A DNA stretch of 64,000 nt from Antedon mediterranea (GCF_964355755.1 NC_092679.1:5486201-5550200); one strand, 5' to 3'. Shown: positions 26,158-38,255, numbered from the stretch's first letter. The notes: generated from the letters alone by a model not told the origin. Numbers and translations: made by a program.

Positions 26158-26965
26158 AATTCAACAGTTAAGCCATCAGAGCCTGGGCTTTTATTGAGGA
26201 GGCGCATGTTGAAAATAGCTTATGTGAGTTCTTCAATTGTCAGAAGTCCTTCACACATAAGACTGTTTTCATCAGAAAGTGTATTTACTTTTACTTTTTT
26301 CAAGTACTCATCTGCATTGTGTTCGGGACAATTTGTGTTTGCATACAGGTTTTTGTAGTAATTTGTTTGTTCTATTAGGATTTCTTCACTATCTGTTATA
26401 CGTTTACCATTAATTTTAATAATAGATGTTATATGCTTACGTTTCGCATTGTTTTTTTCTAGCCCTGAAAAGAATTCACTATTTTTTCTCCTTGTTTAAA
26501 CCATTGTACTATAGATAGATTTTTGCGCCTTGAGCTTAAATTATGTAAATGTTATCTAGGTCGTTTATTTTTTGTTTTATTTGTTTGTCTACTTTCTCGT
26601 TATAGCAAATGTTTAAACAGTGAGTGAGGTCATTGACTTCTTTTGTTAACATTTTTTTTGTTTGTGTTTCTTTTTTTTCATTGCACAGTATTTCATTGTA
26701 AATTCTTTTATTTTCACTTTAAGGTACTCCCATAACAAGTCCGGGCTAAGATTTTTTTTTGTATTTTCTATTATTATGTTTATATTTAAAGCGTAAATTT
26801 TATCTTGGAGAACATTATTGTTTATTTTCCACATACCTGTCCTCTCTTTGGTTGATCATCTAATAATTTAAGAGAGATTGCTTGGTGAGCAGAGAAAACT
26901 GAAGGTCTTATATCAGTAGACAGTACGTCCCCATTTCTATAAAGGGCTTTTGATACACACCAAAA
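26158..26965 (-). mobile_element. Degenerate L1/Tx1-like LINE ORF2 fragment (endonuclease end + linker)
   Basis: Minus-strand peptides such as WKINNNVLQD and LLWEYLKVKIKEFTMKYC, plus FFSGLEKNNAKRKHITSI, are typical of the L1/Tx1 EN-RT linker; multiple stops and frameshifts. Confidence 0.7.
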
Positions 26966-26967
26966 GT

Positions 26968-27044
26968 GGGTGTCACGAAACCTAAGACCACGAAAGCTAA
27001 GACCCCCTAAGACCTAAGATCACGAAAGCTAAGACCCAAGACCT
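26968..27044. mobile_element. Isolated DNA-transposon end with CTAAGACC short repeats
   Basis: GGGTGTCACGAAAC followed by repeated CTAAGACC; similar start (GGGTGTTTCGAAAC + AGACC repeats) at 33694. Confidence 0.5.
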
Positions 27045-27398
27045 AACTCAAACTTTCTGTCTTCCTTCTTGTCACTGTGATCAGAAACGACCTTGCTGAT
27101 CACCTCTCCGGAAGGACATCTGGAAAAGAAGACTAATTATATAAACCTTTTGAAGAGTTAATATAAAGGTTCATTTTATACTCAAAGCCTCACAGCGCAA
27201 CGAAAATATCTGATTTTAGGCATATCGTTGACATCTAGTCTGCAATTGAGGACTCTTCATAATAATATGTTGATATTTTTTATATTATACCTACCTGAAA
27301 TTGACATCTTCGTCGTACTCATTTTGCCAATCAACAGTACTAGCATTGACGGCGACAACAACGAAAATCAAAATATTCAAAAAAGCAAAGGACTTCAT
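27045..27398 (-). pseudogene. 5' fragment (exon 1 + truncated exon 2) of a minus-type HAAF-like gene
   Basis: Exon 27398-27295 MKSFAFLNILIFVVVAVNASTVDWQNEYDEDVNFR; exon 27119-27045 CPSGEVISKVVSDHSDKKEDRKFE, cut before its donor. Homologous to 8605-9190. Confidence 0.88.
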
Positions 27399-27773
27399 TA
27401 GAGTATTAATTATGGTTTTTCTAATGCATTGAAACTTGTATGTAATTGTTGCCTCTTTTAAACAGTAGACCTGCGTGTTTGTTATCGTGTTTAAGCGTGC
27501 CTTTAATTAAGGTTTTTATTTAATTGCGATAGTATTGTAAATCATTGACTTAATTAATATTGTATGTAACGATAACATCCGCGATGATAATGATAGTGAT
27601 GAAGATTATATTTGTTGTTAGATTAGGTGTTCACATTCATTCACATTCATGTTTTTTTGTTTTATTAATGAAATTTCCTGTATTTCTGAGATTTTAGAAT
27701 AATTGTACTCCTGCAACCAAACAGTCTCCATCACAAGAATGTAAGTGGACCGCCAACCCTCCTGTCTAATTAA

Positions 27774-28440
27774 AAACAATTTAAATTAAAGTTGTACCAT
27801 ATGCTAGTTTATCTTTTGATACTAAGTTTCTAGATTGTGTACTGTGTGAACTAACAATATCTAGCTCCATACTTGGTATGTGATGTGCGTACTTAGTACA
27901 GTAATATTATGATAAATACATTTAATTGATACGTTTATCTCGTTATTCAAAAACTGTCTACACTGCAGATGTTTGTAACATTTAAAGATAGCAATAATTC
28001 CATTCAACATTAATTTCGACCAAAATCAGCAAACATCAATAGATGTATCAAATATTGTATGTTGTAAAATGTCTAATGTTCTGACACGCCTGTCTTTCAA
28101 TTATCACTGTGTCGAAAACAATTTTAATTAAAGTTGTACCATATGCAAATTTATCTTATAATTGTTGATGCTAAGTTTCTAGATTGTATACTGTATCAAC
28201 TGACAACATCCTGCTCCCATACTTTGTATGTGACGTGCGTACTTAGTACAGCAATATTATGATAAAAACAATTTAAATTAAAGTTGTACCATATGCTAGT
28301 TTATCTTTTGATACTAAGTTTCTAGATTGTGTACTGTGTGAACTAACAATATCTGGCTCCATACTTGGTATGTGACGTGCGTACTTAGTACAGTAATATT
28401 ATGATAAATACATTTAATTTATACGTTTATCTCGTTATTT
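27774..28440. repeat. Local triplication of a ~150-bp unit
   Basis: AAAACAATTT(T)AA(A)TTAAAGTTGTACCATATGC...GTACTTAGTACAG recurs at ~27774, 28115 and 28265. Confidence 0.8.
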
Positions 28441-29406
28441 AAACAAAAATTTTCAAAGGGCCTGTTTCTGCTGCATAAAAATAACCGGTTAAAATCGGTG
28501 TGAATAAATTAAAATCGAAAAAGATAGCAATTAATTTCGACCAAAATCAACAAACATCAACATAGATGTATTAGTTCAAATGTCTTATGTCGTAAACTTT
28601 TGAAATGTTCTGTTTATTTGTTCAAGTCTTACTGTACGAGTTTATATATATATATACTATTGTAGTAGTCTTTTCTTCAATTACAATAACCGAACATTTC
28701 ATTCTTTAAAAGTTTGTTAAAATAATTCTTTGCGTATGTTGCTTAATTTGGGTAAATTCTGTAGCGCTTCTGAAATGTTTTTTTTTAATTTTGGTATTTC
28801 TAGCGTAAGTGTATTCATAGTTTTTTGCTACGTAGGCCTATATTTATCTGATTTGAGTGTGGAAACTGTATGTGATAACCTGCTTTTTAATTCCAAATTG
28901 TATGCCAGTTTCTCTTGCATTTTAAATTAGTTTTTTACTATGTTTATATTTTTTATACTTACATGTATTATATACTAGCAATTATAACCTTTTTTAAAAC
29001 CTTTAATACAATTCCGATTAATTTGATAGGTCTGTAACCCCCAGACACCAGTATCTCTCTCTATACTCACCAACCACCACCCCTCTCCAATCATACCACA
29101 CACTCGGGTGATTTCAACAAAATCCTTCTCAGTAAAAATTTCAATTCAACAACTTTAGCTTCATGCATAATAAGAGTCCTACGGTTTATAGATATGGTTT
29201 GCATATCTAATTTTGATACAGCTGAATTACCTCTGCCCCAGCCTTCTTTCTCCTCTCCCCCATCCCAAGTACAATCAACAAACTCCTCCCCAGGACATTT
29301 CAAATTTAGTAACTGTTCCCAGCACAACCCAATTATGTTGTACTTCATTAGGCCTACTCCCAAAATTCCAGTATGTTCGCCCCTCACAACACGAGGGTTT
29401 CTTTTC

Positions 29407-29920
29407 TGCGAGTTGCGAGTTGCGAGTTGGAAAATGCGAGTTGCGAGTTGGAAAATGCGAGTTGCGAGTTGGAAAATGCGAGTTGCGGGTCGGAATGTGC
29501 GAGTTGCGGGTCGGAAAATGCGAGTTGCGAGTGGCAAAGTGCGAGTTGCGAGTCGGAAAATGCGAGTTGCGGGTCGGAAAATGCGAGTTGCGAGTCGGAA
29601 AATGCGAGTTGCGGGTCGGAAAGTGCGAGTTGCGGGTCGGAAAATGCGAGTTGCGGGTCGGAAAATGCGAGTTGCGAGTCGGAAAATGCGAGTTGCGGGT
29701 CGGAAAATGCGAGTTGCGGGTCGGAAAATGCGAGTTGCGGGTCGGAAAATGCGAGTTGCGAGTCGGAAAATGCGATTTGCGGGTCGGAAAATGCGAGTTG
29801 CGGGCCGGAAAATGCGAGTTGCGGGCCGGAAAATGCGAGTTGCGGGTCGGAAAATGCGAGTTGCGGGTCGGAAAATGCGAGTTGCGGGTTGGAAAATGCG
29901 AGTTGCGGGTCGGAAATTGC
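29407..29920 (+). repeat. 21-bp tandem array (left arm), about 24 units
   Basis: Unit TGCGAGTTGCG(G/A)GTCGGAAAA. Confidence 0.95.
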
Positions 29921-30439
29921 AAAAATAATTTTTCAAGGAGGTCGTACCATCCAAAAAAATAATACATGAACCAAACAATCAGTAAATAAATTACAATTTA
30001 AATTTTGTTTAGTTTTTTTCATATTGTGACCTGTTTAACAATTATAGACTAGTGATTACTTTTTTAACATGGATGGTTGAAATGAACTTATTTTGTATTT
30101 CAACACAAAACAATTATGTTATTGATACTTTATATTTTGAAATAATATAATTGTAAATATAGTAGATTAAAGTTATTATTTAATTTGTTTGCAATTACTG
30201 ATAATGATACAATTACTAATAATGATACAATAAATTATGTACATGTATTTTTGCCTTGTTAAATGAGAAAATAATAATAAATTGGTAAGAAAAACTCACA
30301 TTAAAAAGTACAGTTTGTATTGTTTACAGTATTTAGGTAAGATGATTAATGATGATTAAAAACAGACATGATGGTTGGAGTCATTAGTACTACTTTGTAT
30401 TTATTTGTATTTTTGTATTTTGTATTAATATTTGTCCTC

Positions 30440-30612
30440 AGTGAGGAAATTCGGATTAGGCCCTCCACGGACCCACGGCAGCCAGCAGTGCAGCGCCTAC
30501 CAGATTAGGCAATGAGAGTAAAGCATCTTGCCTAAGGATGCAATTAGTATGGTACAGATAACCTCGAACCCATGCCTATCACATGCTAGTCCGATATTAC
30601 CATTACACCATC
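30440..30612 (-). mobile_element. tRNA-derived SINE fragment
   Basis: GAGTAAAGCATCTTGCCTAAGGA core plus a reverse-complement B box (CTCGAACC). Related copies at ~50745-51030 and ~56165-56372. Confidence 0.55.
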
Positions 30613-30625
30613 ACTCTCCAGTATA

Positions 30626-30698
30626 TACAGCACCCGCCACGATTTCTAGACGGTCTCCCATCCAGAACGCAACCGGGCCCAACGTTGCTTAACTTCGG
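30626..30698 (-). pseudogene. Degenerate 5S rRNA-derived fragment
   Basis: TACAGCACCCG...AGACGGTCTCCCATCCAG...AACCGGGCCCAACGTTGCTTAACTTCGG resembles the reverse complement of the 3' two-thirds of metazoan 5S rRNA; the 5' end is missing. Confidence 0.7.
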
Positions 30699-32481
30699 TC
30701 CCATAAACAGGGCAAGGAAACACATACCATACCTACAGATAATGGTCAAATTTTCAAAGCTATATTATTTTCTTAGAATCATAGTCAATTCTTTATGTTT
30801 ATAATATTTTTTTGTTAAACATTTTCAGACAAACTGTACATAGATACATATAAATACATATGAATACAAAAAAAAAGAGAAGAAATACACAGTTTATTAT
30901 GTGTAACACCCATCAGCAAATCATGGAGAGGACCAATTAATGTATCTATTGAAATATAGTGCATCTCTCCAATTAAAGTACATTCTGGAATCTAACCATA
31001 TATTCATAATCTACATTTTGTTTGCTTTTCATAATTTTGGAAAGAAGACTGTAAATTGTCAACCTAAAAAATTCATAAGAAGATGGAATATTGTTTTCTA
31101 CAAATAATTTTCTCTGACTTAGATATCGGATTGTCAACAACAACATGCGGAATAAACACAAATACATGCTTTAGTATGTACACGTACAGTACAGTAGGCA
31201 TCTGTCAAATGTACTATGTGTATTTAAAGTAACTTTAGCAGGGTACAGATTTAAATACTGAAATCACTGGTTTGTTTTTAGAGAAAATATAACTTATAAC
31301 TAAGATAATTCAAATTTACTTGAATTGAATTGTTGAATTTAGGTGACAATAATCATTGATCTGCGCCCACAATTACATAGGAGAAGGAATTATTATTACT
31401 TATATACAGTATTGTTTGATGAAATGTGTGATACAGTAGGTGAAATGAAGTTGTATTTTAGTTGTTGTTCAACGCGATGATCAAATATACAACACTTTTT
31501 AATTTTAATTTTTTATTTGATTATGTTTTTCCTTTGTAATGTATTATATGATGAAATAAAAAAAAAAAAAAAAAAAAAAAAAATATACAACACACTAAGA
31601 ATGTAAAATTAAACTGTACATTTTGTATTGCAAGTGAAAAGATGCAGTAGAGTCGCATATAAAAAAACACTTGATCCTCAAATAAATGAATACACAGAAT
31701 ACATTAGAAAGTACTGGAATCAACACAGTGTTGCTTGCTTATGAATTGGTTAAACTGACTGATTAAATGAGGAGATTGCACCCTTATTTATATCTTATTG
31801 ATATATGGGGGTATCAATTATGACTTCATCGCATAACTTAGAGATGAGAATAGTTAGTTTTTAGATGAAACTTAAATGACATCATCATCTTTAAGAAGAA
31901 ATTATAGATGACATCATACCAACTTTAAGTCACAATCCCTTATTTGGTATAGTACACAACAAGTGTCCATGACAGGTAAATGTCATAACATAATGGGCCC
32001 TTTGGGAGTACCTAGTACAAAAGTCTGCATAGTGTAGTGCTGACTTATACAAGTAATAATATGTTAACAATTATATGAAAATGATTGTGTAAATAATAAA
32101 GTTAAAAGTAAAGTCTAAAAGTAAAAATGCATTAAAAATCATGTGGTGGGCTAAACTGTCAGGCTTCTTATATTTATTAGTAGGTAGCAGACACAAATCT
32201 ACAATGTGGACCTTTATCAAAGCAGTCATTAATTGTTTTAGTAAAAGATACCTGCCCCAGGGTGTGAGTTAATTGCTTCATGCAGACCATGATTAAGAAT
32301 TCATTATCTTTTAAACCTACCACCAACCCCACCTCAGCTTCTCCTCCCAACCAAGATCCACATACCATACATCCCTGAGATGGTTCAAATGTAGTAAATT
32401 TTAAATCAGATTATTTGATACAACATTACCTCTAAATGCCAGTATTTCCTTATACATGAACATTCAAACAAACAAAAATAA

Positions 32482-32951
32482 GCGAGTTAAAAAAAATCTG
32501 CGAGTTAAAAAAAAATCTGCGAGTTAAAAAAAATCTGCGAGTTAAAAAAAAATCTGCGAGTTAAAAAAAATCTGCGAGTTAAAAAAAAATCTGCGAGTTA
32601 AAAAAAAATCTGCGAGTTAAAAAAAAATCTGCGAGTCAAAAAAAAATCTGCGAGTTAAAAAAAAATCTGCGAGTTAAAAAAAAATCTGCGAGTTAAAAAA
32701 AAATCTGCGAGTTAAAAAAAAATCTGCGAGTTAAAAAAAAATCTGCGAGTTAAAAAAAATCTGCGAGTTAAAAAAAAATCTGCGAGTTAAAAAAAAATCT
32801 GCGAGTTAAAAAAAAATCTGCGAGTTAAAAAAAAATCTGCGAGTTAAAAAAAATTTGCGAGTTAAAAAAAAAATCTGCGAGTTAAAAAAAAATCTGCGAG
32901 TTAAAGACAAATCTGCCAGTTACAAAACAAATCTGCCAGTTACAAAACAAA
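32482..32951 (+). repeat. ~20-bp tandem array in the middle of the foldback element
   Basis: Unit TCTGCGAGTT + A(8-11), about 23 units. Confidence 0.95.
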
Positions 32952-33693
32952 TGCTTGATTTAAAAACATAAATGTTATATATTTATCAGTTACAATTGGA
33001 TAACCCTTCTCTTTTAACATTTTGGTGAGCCACTTGAGTGTTCATTTCGATTTTAATCTTTTGGATTTTGAACTCTTTACTTTGTTTTGTTTTTGTCTGA
33101 TGAAATAAATGAAAAAATATACATATTTGAAAATTCTCACTCTGTTTATATATATATGTGTGTGTGTGTGTGGGGGGGGGGGGGTGGTATTAAGGTGGCA
33201 CATAAGGAGATACTGGCATGTTTGCATTAGTAGTTATTATTTGTTTTTTGTACTAAAAACAAGTTAAATTAAATCAATGGCAATCACATAGATAAAAGAA
33301 GATAAAAGTAAGAGATAAACTGGTCACTCATCTGCAAACAATAATAAATCAAAAGGTATTATATTCCATTTTAAATTACTTGAGATTGTTTTACAATGGA
33401 CCTAAGAGAGTCCTCCCAACCAACACCAACTCCTTCAAATGTAGTAAATTTTAAATCAAAGTAGATTATTTTGATACCTCACTACCTTAAATGCATGCCA
33501 GTATCTCCTTATATGCACACTTTACCCTGCACCCTTAAAAAGCTTCCGTCCATCCATGTACAAATTCCGGTTATCACTATCATCACTTTATCTCTCTTCT
33601 GCCAGAGAAAATCCAGAAGAATAGTGTTCAGAACATTCAGAATACAGATACAGGTAGTGGACTGCACTAAACACTTTAAGCATGTCAAAACAC

Positions 33694-33910
33694 GGGTGTT
33701 TCGAAACTAGACCCGAGACCAGAGACCAGAGACCCGAGACCCTATACGAAAAGGGAGACCCCACTATACGAAAAGGGAGACTCCACTATACGAAAATGGA
33801 GACCCCACTATACGAAAAGGGAGACCCCACTATACGAAAAGGGAGACCCAAATATACGAAAAGGGAGACCCAAATATACGAAAAGGGAGACCTAAATATA
33901 CGAAAAGGGG
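33694..33910 (+). repeat. 22-bp tandem array preceded by a GGGTGTTTCGAAAC terminus; probably the end of a nested element
   Basis: 7-bp GAGACC(C/A) units followed by about 8 units of GAGACCCCACTATACGAAAAGG. Confidence 0.85.
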
Positions 33911-34387
33911 TTGTATGGGGTTAAATCATATGTTACGGGCTCTTGGCCTATACTCATCTCGTGGAGTTTTTGCCTGAGAAACAGTGTTTCTTCACCAAGT
34001 GAATCTAATCTAGGCCTACCTCCAGTGCTTAGCCTAGAACTGTAGTAAGCACTGACTTAACTAAAACATAAACAAGTTGAGCATTCAGAAACAAATAATG
34101 CTAAAGTGAATAATAAAAAAATATTGTAAGCAGTGTTAAGAAAATAATTAAATTTCTTGCCATTGTCATATATGCCACAATAGGTTAATTTTGGTGATCA
34201 TTCTACACTATGTACAGAGTCTACACACCTGGGTGGGTTGTATCATGTCGCACTGGTCGCACATATGCGAGCAAAAATGCAGATAAAATATAATGATTAA
34301 TTGTTTCATATCACATGCTCAGGCAATTTGTTTCTAACATCCACAATACAACCCACTCTATTTTGTTTAGGTAGGACTGGTGTATTT

Positions 34388-34871
34388 GACCCGCAACTCG
34401 CGTTTTTCGACTCGCAACTCGCGTTTTTCGACCCGCAACTCGCGTTTTCCGACCCGCAACTCGCGTTTTCCGACCCGTAACTCGCGTTTTCCGACCCGCA
34501 ACTCGCGTTTTCCGACCCGCAACTCGCGTTTTCCGACCCGCAACTCGCGCTTTCCGACCCGCAACTCGCGCTTTCCGACTCGCAACTCGCGCTTTCCGAC
34601 TCGCAACTCGCACTTTCCGACTCGCAACTCGCACTTTCCGACTCGCAACTCGCACTTTCCGACTCGCAACTCGCACTTTCCGACTCGCAACTCGCACTTT
34701 CCGACTCGCAACTCGCACTTTCCGACTCGCAACTCGCACTTTCCGACTCGCAACTCGCACTTTCCGACTCGCAACTCGCACTTTCCGACTCGCAACTCGC
34801 ACTTTCCGACTCGCAACTCGCACTTTCCGACTCGCAACTCGCACTTTCCGACTCGCAACTCGCAACTTGCA
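34388..34871 (-). repeat. 21-bp tandem array (right arm), inverted relative to the left arm, about 23 units
   Basis: Plus-strand unit TTTCCGAC(T/C)CGCAACTCGC(AC/GT) is the reverse complement of the left unit. Confidence 0.95.
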
Positions 34872-36932
34872 TTGAAGTAACACTCTCACAACACACGCCA
34901 TACTGAGTGATGTGTTTAAGACGTTTCCAGTACAAATTATGTTGAGCCATCACTCCCAACCCATAACCCCTCCGTGGCAGTTTTCAAATATAGTTCCCAA
35001 GTACAGCTTCGTTCATGTTGATACTAGCTTACGACCACACCCCAAACTCCCAACCCCTTCTCAAAGATAATTTAAATACTTTTAAAATGTACTACTACAA
35101 TTCTTGTCAATTTGATAGCCTACTACCCCTAGCCGCCCAGGCAAAAATCCCCTCGATAGATCTATTATTGACTTCTCATTCTCAATTCATGTTAGTGTTA
35201 GATCAGCATCAAAGTCAAGAGAACAAGACAATCAGTAGGCTATAAAAGACATAGCAGAACTATGTATTGATAAATAGTCTGTAAATATGTAGTTTAATTT
35301 TTTTTTATAGAATTCTTATGCTAAATCAAATAGAATATAATGGTTTCATAACATATTAATCTCATTAAATGTCAGAGGATTAATTTCAATTTTACTCGAT
35401 GTATATAAAGTTGGTTCGTACTTTCGATACTGATTTTAACCACCTGATGTAACCCTGTTTACTAATTAAATCGAGGTAGATAATCAGTTATTGACAATTA
35501 AAACGAATGTAGGTTTGCCCCAATAGGGGTGTTTTCCGATCGTGGTATACACTGTCTAATGGATGTCCATCTTGAAAAATACCCGCACACAATAATACGA
35601 GGATGCTTCGCATTACCTATCTCCTTCTACAATAATTGTTTTTAATAGTTTAAAATCGGCTGAACTGCTTGAGTACAGCATCATAATGTTGAAGACAGCC
35701 GATTTTCTTACTGTGAGTGTGGGTACTGTTAGATATATAAACACATATACAAAAAAACTTTATTACTGTGAGTGTGGGTAGGCCCTACTGTTAGATATAT
35801 AAACACATCATATAGCCTACAAATAAACTTTGTTACTGACAGTTGCTTCTCAACGTTTGTATTAATTAATAATTAAAAAAAATATAAACGGCGTAGTGAT
35901 GCATCGTTACATGTACTTTAATATTTCATTCGACTATGAAAGTGACAGTTTTAACAAAGTATTAAATCTCAAATGTTTTACGGTATTTAGTGGTAGGCCT
36001 ATATTATTTATAGGCCTATAAAACATGAGTTGATAAAAAATATATTTAAAAATTGTTAATAAAATCAGTATCGACAGTATGTATCAACTTTATATACCGT
36101 GTAAAAATTCCAGAAGTTACGCGCGATTTACCGAATTTTGCCCTATTACGTAAATTGATATATAATATAGATGTTTACTATGTTTCTTTTCCATACATTT
36201 TCCCAGTCTGTTGTATAGTTGTTTATTATATTTCCCCACTGAAATTGGTGGTACAAATTTATGTTCTATTAAACGGTAATATACAGCCCTTAACTCATTT
36301 GGTACAACCTATGCATTTTGGTTATTTGAAATTACACATTTCCATTCAATTGGGAAAGTTTCAGCTACAATCGTGTACTGTGATTATCCAATTACATTTT
36401 TTCTTCAGTTTTACAAATATTTCATTTGCATTTTATATTTATTTAAAATATCTTTAACCTTCACAAACCCAGATTCAATCCAGTATGTAATTTTGTGTAT
36501 AATAAAGACTTATTTCTAACGTGTATACTTTTATTTCCCAACAAGAGTTCATTCAATATTTGTTGTAAGTTACATAGGTATTTTATTAAATTAATTAATT
36601 AAATTCAACACATGTTTCTAGATCTGTAAAAAGCTGGTATGTTTTCCATTAAGGAAACTTATACAGAATACAGTTGAATATAGAAATAATATTATTAACC
36701 TTATTCAGATAATATGTTAGAATTATCTACCATTTTGATCTATCAGGATTTAAAATTCTTTTACACGAACCATAATTTAGTTCTTGTACATGTGATCTAA
36801 AGTCAGGCATCTCTGTATAGTGTACCGATATTATTAATATAGATTATTGATTGTTATCATTAATTTGTTAATTTAAATTAGGCCTACCATATGCTACAAT
36901 ATTGTATGGATGAAAAGGTAAACATTCCTATT

Positions 36933-37505
36933 GTAATATAATGTTGGGTTGTTGAGGTACTAATGAAGGACTCTGACTCGCTTGACTGTCGTAACACATA
37001 TATTATTTATTCAGTATAATACTTCAGTACAATATACAACTATAAGTATAGATAAGGAACGCGGAGGATCAATGATGCTGTCGGTGAGGTGTGAAGTGTG
37101 TAGGTCTGCTGTGAGGTGTGTGCTCCGTGAGGTGGCTGTAAGGTGTGTCTGGGCCCTTCTGAAACTTGGGAGTATATTGGCTCAGTTCATTTGCATAATG
37201 TCATTACATCATCTGTGAGGGTAACGATTGGTCCTAAGTTGATCCAGGGGTGTTTAAGTGGGAGTGATTAACGGTATAATAAGGTATTTCTGTGATGGAT
37301 GACACTGTCAAATCTGTACTTAAATAGTGTCAATCACTCCTGGTTTAACGATGGGAAAGTCACAAAATTAAGCTAAGTGTTTTCTTTAGGGATTCTATTA
37401 TAAACTAAATGGTCATTAAAACATCTGGACAAACTCTCCTTTGGACTTTCTGGGTCAAGTTTGTGAACCTATCTGAATTCCGATACAAAGGTCAATTTCT
37501 TAAAT
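36933..37505. mobile_element. Insertion upstream of the third + gene, possibly a solo LTR
   Basis: Interrupts the AGGTAAA..ATT.CTAT...ATCTTTAT motif that is contiguous at ~12257 and ~13332. Begins TGTAA; no clear CA end or TSD. Confidence 0.35.
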
Positions 37506-38255
37506 ATAAAAGTATATCTTTATATCACACTATGATATGGATCGTTATATCATCATCCAACAATTACTATAAACGTCACAAATGAAACTTATTGCAGTAA
37601 AACAAATGAATTGATAAATAAATTACCAGTGAATAAAGATAAACAAAGGTATATAAAAGGCTGATATTATCCAACACAATACAAGTTCTGACGGGAACCA
37701 AGTCTCAGAGTCTAATATGTAAGTAGAAGTTTATGTTTTATAGTCTTGAAAGTTACAGTTCCTTACATGAAGTGTATTTTTTAATTAGGTGCCAGGGCCG
37801 TAGTATGAGGCAGACGCCTCACAGATCGTCATATTTTATGTAAATAATTATATTTAAAGGGTCTTTAACCTCTCGCTATGGCCTTGGGTGCCTAGTGCGA
37901 AGTTTCAATTAACATTTCTTATGTTTTGCATTTCGTCTGAAAAGCCAGATGAGAAAAGAAAATCCTAAAAATTACAAGTACATTCCTTTGAGTTGCGTTC
38001 GGAAGTAATACCGTTTGCATCACAACACGTTAGAGAATTGAGTATGAGTTCTGGATATGCGAGCCAAACCAACGAGGGTCAACAAAGACCGACACATGGC
38101 AAGCCGAGTATCATATCTCCGAATTACACCATTCTCATAGTAGGTGGAGCCAAAGGATAGGGTCTTGAATTTTAAGCCGGCCACTTCGTACCCCTCCTCA
38201 TAAATCCTGTATGCGCCACTGATTATTTTATTGTCTTTCTTCTTTTCTTAGGAAA

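Larger units (their letters stand above)
29393..34885. mobile_element. Foldback / Mutator-like DNA element with modular tandem-repeat TIRs, non-autonomous
   Basis: 9-bp TSD TCACAACAC (29384-29392, 34886-34894). Ends GAGGGTTTCTTTTCTGCGAG vs reverse-complement GAGTGTTACTTCAATGCAAG (14/20 match), each followed by an inverted 21-bp array. No transposase ORF seen. Confidence 0.8.

Noticed and set aside
29091-29978. Five overlapping long ORFs with 7-aa repeats
   Set aside because: A by-product of a stop-free 21-bp tandem unit that is open in nearly all frames; no splice or compositional support for coding.
30960-32400. Captured host exons (Pack-MULE cargo) or transposase remnants inside the foldback element
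   Set aside because: I could not find a convincing reading frame or motif; a translated search would be needed.
32482-33910. CRISPR-like appearance of regular short repeats
   Set aside because: Units are head-to-tail with no unique spacers, there are no cas genes, and the context is eukaryotic.
34306-34959. Four overlapping repeat ORFs (SCESESA, CELRVGK, etc.)
   Set aside because: Same artefact on the inverted arm.
36053-36457. 134-aa ORF
   Set aside because: Non-ATG start, AT-rich low-information peptide, no motif; treated as chance.
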